A stretch of 64,000 bases of DNA from the NCBI GenBank assembly GCA_965153285.1, contig OZ229121.1; one strand, given 5' to 3'. Below the pieces are notes generated by a model. The model was not told the DNA's origin, searched no databases, and saw nothing but the letters and a program-made list of their open reading frames with translations. This document shows positions 39,301-51,130 of this stretch, piece by piece. A program made the translations under genes and the position numbers. Origin of the DNA: Podarcis tiliguerta (Eukaryota). Position 1 is the first letter of the stretch; the number at the start of each line of letters is the position of its first letter.

Positions 39301-40271
39301 TCTCTAAGCGAGAGCTTTTATCTGAGTTCATGGACACATTTCAGTTGGGCAAAAATGCTTGACCAGGCCACTGAGGGTGTATGGCCTAGGGAGACAGATT
39401 CTGAGTGCCAGAGAGAGAGAGAGGCTTGGAGAGCCACAGTCATTCTCCAACCCTGAGGTCCTTGCTTCTGTCCTTTATTATTATGATGCCCACAGTGTCT
39501 ATGCACATAATTGGCAGCTTCACTATATGCTCTTCTGAATATATCATTAAGTTGACACTTGGGCAGCCCTTTGTTTCAGGCTAAGAAAGCCTATTCTTGA
39601 GTAGACTTTGGCTGCCTTTGTTTCCGGATGAATAGGTATTCTGTGTGCACATGTGCAAGAAACCAAGTAGGACACATGGCATCCATGGCATGGGTGGAAA
39701 GAGACATGATGGGGCTATAGGTCAAATCCTGTTTTGCTACCTTGCAGAAAAAGAGTGTGCATAGGGTACTGTAACTTCATAAAGGAGCTAAACTGGTGAG
39801 GAATGCCTGTAACCTTGATGTGGTTTAGTGGTTAGAGTGTCTGAGTAGGACCTAGGAAGCCAAGGTTCAAATACTCACTCAGCCATAGAATCGTAGAATT
39901 GTAGAGTTGGAAGGGACCCTGAGGGCCTTCTAGTCCAACCCCCTGCAATGCAGAAATTCTGCCCACAGCTGTCCCTGGATGGACTCAAACCACCAACCTT
40001 CTGGTTAACAGCGAGATACACTGACTCATTGTGCCACAGGCTCCCTGGATACCATGAAGCTTTCTGGGTGACCTTGGGCCAGTCACTGCCTCTCAGCCTA
40101 ACATAGTATCTCACAGGGTTGCTGTAGGGATTAAATGGGAAAAGGGCAGAACCATGTACCTCACCTTGAGTGCCTTGGAGAAAAAGGTGAGATATACATG
40201 CAATAAATTAATTAAATCAATAAATATTGAAGGATCATAGGATCAATAACCTCCAGGAATTAATTGGCCAT

Positions 40272-40323
<52 letters not shown>

Positions 40324-43300
40324 CAGATGATAGTTATATGGGGTGGCATAGCTTAAAATCTGAATTCTGATAGTTAATTCCATTTTTCTTTGCTTAGACA
40401 GAGGCTATGTCTGCATTCCAATGATACTTGGTATCCTGAGAGAGATGGTTGAAGCTTCTTTAGCCCATAATACTGATAGCAGTGACTGGGAAGAGCTTCT
40501 TGACAATGTTCAGAAGATGTTCCAGAAGATTCTAGAATGTATGGCACTGGGACTCAGAAGACAGCGTGAAGAAGGAATCCAGGTATTTGTTGCATATGAA
40601 GTTGGCCAGCTTGTTTCTTGCCAAATGAATGACTTATTCTATCTACAATTATTGGGGAGTGAAACCATTAAGGTGATGTGAACACTTTTCTGTTTGACAA
40701 TCACTGCTGTATTGGCCAGGCATGGCTGTTGCTCACGAAAGAGTATAGATAACTTGGGAGAATAGCCTCCAAAGAGATATAGGGGTATTGATTTTTCTCT
40801 ATAGCAAGGAAATGTGTGTCCCTTTGATGCCTACTTTTACTCTTAAACCAACTTTTAAAAAATGAAAGGCAAGAGGTCATTGCAAATAAAAAGAAACGCA
40901 GAGAAACCAGTTAAAAGGAAGAAGTAACAGTATACATTTTATATATACCAACATTCTGCCCAGACAACCAAAATTACTGCATAATGAAGGGACAAAGTGG
41001 TCGTTAGTTTTCATAGCAGGCTTTTCAATAGCTTTCATAGACGTTGGTGCTGTGATTTCTCCCCTGTGTCTCTGATGAAGGGCTTGCCTGAAATTCAGTG
41101 CTGGTACAAGTGTGAAAGGATAATGGACTAGCTTAAGTAGTGTCTTCAAGCTTTGCATGCCACTATTCCGAACCTGTTTCCTTATACCAACCTTGCCAGA
41201 AATGTGTTACCTCCACTTTCACTGCTACTGGACTCCTATATTTCCATTTCGTAGTGAGGTTGTTTAATCCCTTTGTCAGCATTAATTCTTAGTTTCAGTT
41301 TCATAAGGATCCATGACCCTGTTTCTTCTTGAGCCTTTTAACACTATATTGGAAAAATAATTCTGCACAGACTTTTGGAACTGGGCTGTTGATCACGATT
41401 TGGGTTGTTTCTAAGCAGCAAAGAATTGGAGCATGTTAATTAATTTTACTATTCTAAGATTTGTGTCATAGTACCAACATGGGAAAGTGCATGTACTTCC
41501 TTCCATCCTCCACTTTCTGAAACGATCTAGTGATGCTGCACTGCTTGCATGGGCTGGCTGGAACTGGGTGCGAGACTTGTTCCCTCTTCCACATGAAAGT
41601 AGGCAGTTCACCTTCAATGCTCTTTGTAGACTGCTGTTACTGGGTACATGTTTTTAAGCTGCTGTGACTTTCATGAAGATTTTCTCTGCTCTGAGTTCTG
41701 CAGCTATGCCCAAATGATTAAACTCCTGAAAACAGACTCATAACTCTTGTTCTCTCTGAAAGTGTTATCCTTGAGAAATCTAAATCTGTTTATTCAAAGG
41801 TCTGTTTATGACTTCTAAAGCCTGACTTCTAAAGCTTAGGCCCAGGACTGCATTCTGCCATGCAAACCCGATAGCGTTCTGACACCTTCAGGGGAGGCCC
41901 TTCTCTTGATCCTGCCACACTCACAGGGATGTTTGGTAGTGGCTGCTCTCAGACTCTGGAACTCCCATCCTAGAGAAGCTAGACTGACTCTCTTGTTCTG
42001 CTGGCAAGTTCCAACATTTCCAAGTTCCAAGACTGTTTTATTCCAACAGGCTTTTAAATAGTGATGTGCTTTTTTTACTATCTGCATTTTAATTACGTTT
42101 TAACTACTGTATTACCTTCTGTATGTTTTTAGTCTTCTGTATTTTATTTGTATTTTAATTTGTGTACACTGTCTTTTGTGGTCCAGTCTGGGGAATATGT
42201 GGATATAAATAAACATAATTATAATATAATATAAAACTATTTTTTTATTTGTTCTAGTTCATTCATTCTATTCAGGAGCCTCTTCGAGAATTTGTACATG
42301 TGGTTCAGTGTTGTGCTTTGACTTGTCCAGCTGTTCACCATGGAGTCCTTTCTTCTCTGCTTGCTGCAACAGTAGTCGAGACAGGCTACACCTTGCAACA
42401 CAAGGTACAGGGCTTTGTTTTGCTTTCTTTCTGAAAATGCTCTGTAAGCATGAAGGGAGGTATCAAGTGATCATGCACAGGTTTATTAGTGAATTGGTGC
42501 TGAGATATATTTTTTGTACTAACTTGTATACTCAGTATATTTTATAAAAAGAATGTCACCATAAATCCAAGTTCTTATTCTTGTGAATATAAATTGCTTG
42601 CTGTTGCACTTTTTATTACAGCTATAAAACTGCGGTTCATTTTTATTGTCTAATAACCTTACCATAAATTTATTATTGTTGGAGAAACTGGCTTGTCTTC
42701 AGTTTTTGGAAGAGCTTAGATATAACGACAAAAATCCAGTGCCAGTTAACAAACTACCTTTCATTTATCTTGAATAATGCTACTTTTTTTTTTTACCCAT
42801 CTTATATACAGTTGATGGTCTAGAGTGGTGACTAATCTGTGACCCTCCAGATGTTGTAGCTCGCATCAGCCATTAGAGTCAGGAATTATGGGAGCTATAG
42901 TCGAAACTAATGTAGAGTGTACCACAGGGTTAGCTACTGCTACTATGAAGCATGCTAGGAGTATCTGTTTTCCATGGATTCTGCTTCCTAAGAGCCTTTA
43001 AAATATGTTCAAGCCCACATGTGTTCATTTCCACTCAGAAAAGCTGGATAGAGATTGTTTGGGGATGAGGGGGACGTCTAACAAGCATTGATTCTATGTA
43101 AACTGAAAATGTGAGTTCTGACTGGCTCTGCTCACCTTGACCAATACCTAAAACAAGAAGTATAAAGGTGGCAGCGGCAGTGATGGGAAGAAAAGGAGAG
43201 AGTGGTGTGGAATACTTTCCAGACTTGCAGCCACTGTCTGCTGTAAGTGGGGAACCACCACTGGTCTACATGTCAAAGATTTTGGCCTCAAGGTTATTAG

Positions 43301-46300
43301 AAATGCTTCATGTCTCACTATCATTCTTATGGGAATTGAAATTCAGCCTGAAGGTTCTCATGGCAGTAATCTGTCACGCAAAATTACAGTGAGCAAAATG
43401 TAGAATGTTCTGCAAAACTGAAAGGCTAAAGGAATGCTTGGTCCCTATTATTACTTTGATGCTGTCAGTGACCTTTTGTAAGGTGAGGCATGAGGACCAG
43501 TATTTTCCCTCCTGGTTCTTTGCTAACAACCATGAAAGAAACATTTTAAACTGTATCTTCTGATTAGCTTTTGCCGTCTGTTGCTCTGTGCTTTTCCCCT
43601 CAGAAGAAAGAAATGAGACATAGGCTGCACCAGAAATCTTAAAGCTATCACAGTTAGCTTCTTGGATGAGGAGCACAGCTGCTGAATTTTTGTCTTTGTT
43701 TCTTAGAATAATGTTTTACTGGGGGTTTTTTTGTTTGCATTTGTTTTTATTATACAGACTTACGTTTTCTTTGTTGTGTTTTTATATACCACTTAGATAT
43801 TTTTTAGCAGCTCAAAATTATCTGAAATAAATGTCTTGCCAGACATATACTGGGGGTGGGGGTGGAGGAATGGTCATCCACCTTGCTCTCGTCTGTGCAA
43901 GAAATCCGGACAATTACCATTCCCTTTGTTTGGTGTGGACCCCAATCAGGGAGCCCAGATAGGGTATATACCAAGCCTCAGCTCTGCTGTGACATGTTTA
44001 CTGGTACAGTGGTACCTCGGGTTACATACGCTTCAGGTTACAGACTCTGCTAACCCAGAAATAGTGCTTCAGGTTAAGAACTTTGCTTCAGGTTGAGAAC
44101 AGAAATCATGCCCTGGCGGCAACGGCAGGCCCCATTAGCTAAAGTGGTGCTTCAGGTTAAGAACAGTTTCAGGTTAAGTACAGACCTCTGGAACGAGTTA
44201 TGTACTTAACCCAAGGTACCACTATATTAGGTCCAGTGTCTCAAGGACCTATGAATAACCAAGGCTTTGGGGAAATATGCCAAGGGGTGTTCAGGCAGTT
44301 TTCAAGCATACAAAGGACACTACCTAAGCAAATTCTTTGGACACCAGTAGAGTGAAGGCTGATTCTAGAAACATCACATCTAGTCCAGCTGTCTGTTCAG
44401 ATCTGCACAATTTGTTTTCATTTCGTTTTCATAGAAATAATAAATTATTATTAGTAGTATTAGTATTATTATTTTCATGGATGAGCTCAGAATGACTAAT
44501 GAATTGTATGGCTTCCAAGTTGTCTCCTATCTAGGCAGCTTACAGGCCAGATCTGAGTTTCATACGAGCTGTCATGTGATTTCATACCGTTCTCCAGGCC
44601 CTAGCCTAAAGTCCCCAAGAAAAGGCAGCTTCATTGTTGTTATTTTGCAGATCTGTGAGGACACGAGCCAAATAATAATAATGTAGCTGCATTGATGATG
44701 AGTGCAAAAAAGCTCTAAAACAATTACACACTCCTATGCATACTTTTTTCCTCACTTAATCATTGTTCATTCAAATGTGGAATTCACTCAACCGAACAGC
44801 AAAAGTGTGCTTGGAAGAGTCACACTTTAGTAAGGGCTGTGCCAAGGACACAGAGCTGAAGGACTTGGTAATGGTACTTTGAATGAGATTTTCAAGTGAT
44901 AGCTGCTAGTTCAGACCTCAAGCTGGTCAGTGGACACACACCCCTCATTCCTACCCAATGAGAAAGCACTATGCCATCTGTTCCCCGTTAGTTATGACCC
45001 CTAAATTTACTATTAAGCCACTGTCAACCTTCACTCTGCTCTGAATGCCAGCAGGTGCAACAGACCTTTCAGAGCTGTTACAGCTTAGTGTGCATTCCCC
45101 TATCAAAGCCACAACAATTGCTAATGTACTGTTTGAGATAATGTCATGTAGCAAGTACTGCTTTTGTCAAGGGGATGGCAGTTTCCAAAGCCAATTCTCA
45201 TGACCTCTCATTCACTCATAAAATGGATTGGCTTCCTAATCCTTAGAAAAACTGCACTTTTGTTATTAGGTGATATTCTGCACGCACATGTTCCACTGTA
45301 TAATTTTTTTCATTTAAATAAGATCTCCAGTACACATTTTAGGACTACCTATGGCAAGGGGCTGAGCAAGAATTGGCTGGCTCTATGCTTTGCCTCAATA
45401 ATGGTATCAAGTAACAAGACAATGGGAGCTGAATGCTCCTTCCGCCTGTCAGCTTTCCTTTTTTAAAATCCTAATTGTAGACATCTAGTAATTCTTTTTC
45501 TGGCTGTTCCGGTTCTGGTTAAATATTACATAAACTTAAAGTATCAAAATTCTTTGCATGCTGTGTATTCACTTCCAGTTTGCCTGAATAGAGTCTCTTT
45601 GGGTTTCTTCCGCTTTAGGCGTCCACTCCAGAAGAGCTGACTCCACCTAAGTCTTTTTCAGACCTCCCCCCACTTTCAAGTATTTTGATGGCAATAGTGA
45701 ACAAGTCAGCAAATGTGGTCAGGTAAGTTCTTTCTATCCCCACCCTCCCAAATGTATGCGGCAAAGCAGATAGCCCCATTTCTTCTTGCATCACTGCTTG
45801 TACTCCTGCCCACATTGCGGAAGAGCAAGTGTACCTTCCTTCCCTGTACCATGAATTGAACCCTTGAGTGTGATGTGGGCTGCTGATGGCAGTGCTTTAC
45901 ATGAGCATGTGAAAGAGAGAGCTGATGGGGTAAGTATGAACTGGAGCCAAGCTTTAATTCCCTGTAGATACAAAGGCAGTTAATATCCACTGGCAGATCT
46001 CCATGTCTTATCAGCCAACTTTTATGCTAGGCTTTTTGTTTGTTTCTTCTTTTATTTTACAAATTGGTAAGAGCTCCTTCCTAGGGACGCGGGTGGCGCT
46101 GTGGGTTAAACCACAGAGCCTAGGGCTTGACGATTGAAAGGTCAGCGGTTCGAATCCCCGCGATGGGGTGAGCTCCCGTTGCTTGGTCCCTGCTCCTGCC
46201 AACCTAGCAGTTCGAAAGCACGTCAAAGTGCAAGTAGATAAATAGGTACCGCTCTGGCAGGAAGGTAAACGGCGTTTCCGTGCGCTGCTCTGGTTCGCCA

Positions 46301-49300
46301 GAAGCGGCTTAGTCATGCTGGCCACATGACCCAGAAGCTGTACGCTGGCTCCCTCGGCCAATAAAGCAAGATGAGCGCTGCAACCCCAGAGTTGGTCACG
46401 ACTAGGCCAAATGGTCAGGGGTCCCTTTACCTTTAAGAGCTCCTTCAGACCTACACTTTATAATGGCAGCCTGAATGCATTTAGTTATACTTTCTTTTTT
46501 ACTGGAACCTTAATTTAGCACTAGTATGTTGAAGACTAGTTTTACCACTCCTCAAACATAATACAAACAGAGCTATTTTAGGCCTGTAATGTTGATCCAC
46601 CCCACATTTAATATATATATATATATCTCCAGGAAAATGGGTTCTACTTTAAATATACATATTTGGTCATCACTACTCAGGATACATGCAGTTGCCCTTA
46701 TTGAAATGCACTGTAGATTGCCACTATAGGGCCCCCAACCCCAGGCAATTGGGCTGTGTTCCTTGGCTTAGTTTGACAGCTGTATCAGAGAGAGGAAAGA
46801 AGACCCCACCTCCTTAGAACTCTCCTCCCCCACATGGTGGTCTCTGCCTTGGCAGTAAGTGACAAGCTGTTCTCCAGTCATTGACTTTATCTTGAAGCAA
46901 GCTACTGTTATTCCCACTCCACCCCATCCCGGGCTTTAAGCTATCTAGTTGAAGCCTATTTTACTATGCATTTCCTAGAACAAAATGGATGAACAAAGAC
47001 TCTTCCAAGTTGCTTCAGTTTCTCAAGTATATGTATTGGAGCAGAATGACGCACAGTCATTTTTAAGACCACTCACCGAAGAAATTTGCAAAAATTAAGG
47101 TTCTCCCTCTAAAATGACATGCCCTAGTCTGTTATACTTGATTTAACCTGGAAATCTCTTTACTAAGAACCTGTTTAACTATTGATGTACTTACTTCTAT
47201 TCATATACTGTACTTATTTCTGTATTTGACAACATTAATCTAAAAAACACAGTTTTAGAGCTCATATTGAACTGTTCAGTTTCCAGGAATCAGGAACTTG
47301 TTGCAATTGAAACTACCATTTTTGCCACACATAGTCCTTGAATCTAAAATCTATCTTTCTTGTAACCATTGCTGCTGAACCATACTTTGTCATCAGTTTA
47401 GCTTGGTGTTGAAATGCACTTCCTTTCTCATGAGAACTATTTCCTAGTAAGAAAAGTGTGAGCGTGTATTGGGTGGCAGTGGTGCGTTACTCCTAGAAGA
47501 CTGAATATTTTGCCATTTTCACTTTCAAATGCAACATGAGAAGCTGAATATGATTGTACTTGGTTTCCCTCACTCAGATAGGGTGTAGTTCACAGGCAGT
47601 TTTATATATGTTGTTGCATGATGAGTTGCTTGAGGAAGCAATTCATAAACAAAATAAATAATGGTAGTGGGAAATATATTTAATTAAATATTGCTGGTGC
47701 ATATCCGAGGGATAAATGTGTGGATGGACTCTGTGGATGGCAAAATGGTAGACTTTGGTACATAGAAGGATCCATGCTTTGTAGCATGAATTGTAAATCG
47801 CTTTGAGAGGTGAGCAATTGAATTTGGTTATTGGTCGGTTGATGAGCTACGATTAACATTGAAGGAAACATCATTATGGGCTAATTGTAAGATAACTGAG
47901 CTGCCATTGTAAAGAGGGTGAATGTGATTCTTTGATACATGAAGCAATGTATTTCTAGCAAAGGTGATACAGTCGTACCTCGGAAGTTGAATGGAATCCA
48001 TTCCAGAAGTCCGTTTGACTTTCAAAACGTTCAGAACCCAAGGCACAGCTTCCAATTGGCTGCAGGCTCCTGCAGGAAGCCGCAGAAGCCCCATAGGACA
48101 TTCAGGTTCCAAAGAACGTTTGCAAACCGGAACACTCACTTCCAGGTTTGCGGCGTTCAGGAGCCAAAACGTTCAACTCGCAATGCATTCGGGATCCAAG
48201 GCATGACTGTATTTTGCAAACAGGGCAGAGCATTTACTGTAGTAACTGGTCTATTTAGAAAAAGACCTTCTGTGAGAACCACATGGTATACTAATATATT
48301 GGAATAACCAAAAGAAGATATTTAGCTGAAGGGAGATTATGGGCACGAAAATTTTTGGCAGTAAATTGGATGTGATTAAGTTGGGTTAGAGATTGTTGTG
48401 GAAGGAAAGGTTGCTATTGGGCAAGAGACACGAGTTGCTGAATTATACAAAGGATGTTGTCATCTTTACTTATGTTTCCATCACAGTGGGTTACATCTAG
48501 AAGGATTCTCCCTCTAACTATATATATATATGACTATTTAGTTCTACTAGGTTGGTGACTTTATGTTTCTAAATGCTTGTGCATTTTAAGAATATTGTCA
48601 GGAATTGTACATTTGGTAGCAGTGGGATAGCTCAGTAGGTAGAGCATGAGACTCTTAATCTCAAAGTCGAGGGCTCGAGCTCCACGTTGGGCAAAAGATC
48701 CCTGCACTGCAAGGGGTTGGGCTGGTTGACCCACATGGCCCCTTCCAACTTGAGAATACTATTATTGTAATGCTAACAATGGAGATGTGGTGTTTTGTCC
48801 TATTTGCCCACCTCCTCACCCAGATACACTGGAATGGAGTTAACTAGGAAAGGGATTAGGGCCATGGTCTGCCTAGAGAGGCTGAAGTGGAAAGTTTGAG
48901 GTAGGAGGGAGGAGAAAAAACTGGGCTGAAGGTGAAGAAAGGAAGTAGCTGTTCCGAGGTTCCTGGGGAGGGCAAAGTGACAGCAATGGATTTGGTAACG
49001 GTGCCTTGAAGTTATTAAGAGTTTTGCACAGGATCTTAAACCTAAGAACTCTGAAAGCTATTGTTTTTTTCCCCTCTTTACTTGTATATTCAAAGCATAT
49101 TCCATTCATTCTTAGATCTTTTCTAAAGGAGTTAACGGAGTCCATTGAGTCTGAAGAAATTGAAGGGATTGTCAGCATTGCAGCAACTGTGTACATTGTT
49201 GCTTTAATTAAAGGTGAGTAAAAACAAGACTTTGGAATCATTGAAAGTTGCACAAGTTTAATTCTGATTTCTGGACTCCCGAATTGCTTTTTACAACCCC

Positions 49301-51077
49301 TCATCAAAGACTTTAGAATAAGCTTGCTAGTTAAAGCTTGCTAGTAAAAGGTCAAGAAGCAGGCATTGGAAGCAAACTGGTTCACCTGTATGACTCTCCT
49401 AAGGATCTGTATAGGGACCAAGGCCACTTAACTTGTTAGAAATGATTTGAAGTTGGGTGAGCAGGGAAGTAACCAAGTTTGCAGATGATGTCAAATTATC
49501 CAAGATGTTGGAAACACAAGCAGACTGCGAAATGCTGCAAGGGAATCTCTGCAAGCTAGTTTGAATAGGTGTTAAAATGGAGAATGAGGTTTAACAACTG
49601 TAAATGTTGAGTGATTCATATTGGGGTAAAAATCCTAAATGTGCTAAACAGAAGAGAGAGTTTGAGGTCATAGATAGCTGAATGAAAGCATGAACGCTGT
49701 GTGTGTTGCGGGGGGGGGGGTAGTTAAAGGGCAAATTCTATGCTAGAAATTATTGGAGAAGGGGTAAAAAACCAAATTGCTAGCATTTTCCTGAATAGGT
49801 TTTTTTTGGGTGGCAAAGATCCAACACTTAATGAAAACTTCAGATTCTGTATAAATGCAAATACCTTGTAGTATTTATTTTTCACAAAATGCTATTTGAT
49901 TTCCAGAACAAATTATTGCCTCTATTCAAAAAAGCAATTGAATTCATGGCTAGCTTGAAAGGATTCTTTTAGTGCACCCATGATTAGTGGATTTACTTTT
50001 ACACCTTAGGGGAATGTTTCTGTTCCCTTTTCTGTTCTACCTATTTCTGTTTCTCAGTAAGGCTCACTAGTTTTCATAATCATGTTTTTCAGCAGGTAAG
50101 CATAGGCCATCATACATAAAGGATATAGCATCTGCCCTTCAGAGGAAGTTAACATCATACAGCGAGATTATCAAGGAAGATGGTAGCAGCATGGAAAGGT
50201 AAACCTTTGGTGGAATGTTTACGTTCTGCTTTGTAGAAAAGATATATAGTAGTGCTGGTGTGTAATGCATTATTTTATTTGCAAAAATATTGATATACCA
50301 CTATTCATTAAAAATATCAGAACATCTGCAATAAAACCATATGAAGCAGTCTGGTCTTAAGCAGTTTAGATTTTATCTTCTCATTGGCCTTATGTATCAT
50401 AATGCATAGCAAAGTTAGAAGGGACCATGAGGATCATCTAGTCCAGCCCTCTGCAATGCACAAATTGTTTTGCACAATGTGGGGCTTCAACTCATGACCC
50501 TAAGATTCACAATCTCATTCTCTCCTGACTGAGCTTATGGGGTCTTCGCTGCAAGATCATATTCATCCAGTACTATACCAGCTGCACTGGCTCCCGGTGG
50601 AGTACAGGAGCAGGTTTAAGGTGCTGGTTTTAACCTTTAAAGCCCTATACGGCCTAGGACCCTCGTACCTATGGGACCGCCTCTCCTGGTATGTCCCACA
50701 GAGAAATTTACGGTCTGCAAATAAAAACATCCTGAAGATCCCAGGCCACAGAGAGGTTAGGCTGGCCTCAACTAGAGCCAGGGCTTTCTCGGCCGCAGCT
50801 CCAATCTGGTGGAACGCTCTGTCACAAGAGACTAGGGCCCTGCGGGACCTGACATCTTTCCGCAGGGCCTGCAAGACAGAGCTGTTCCACCAGGCCTTTG
50901 GTCAGGGTGCAGCCTGACCCCCTCCTCTGGCAATCTGCACAGAATTTTGCTTAATGGTTGCCATCAATTTGATTTTAATTAATTTTATAATGAATGTTTT
51001 TAGAATGTTGGATTATTTTGATTGTTGTTAGCCGCCCTGAGCCCAGCTTCGGCTGGGGAGGGTGGGATATAAATAAA

Positions 51078-51130
<53 letters not shown>

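Noticed and set aside
48619-48692. Functional tRNA-Lys gene
   Set aside because: The acceptor stem and B box are mutated, there is no oligo-T terminator, and it continues into a CR1-type SINE tail. The same applies to the tRNA-Asn-like segment near 39975-40045.
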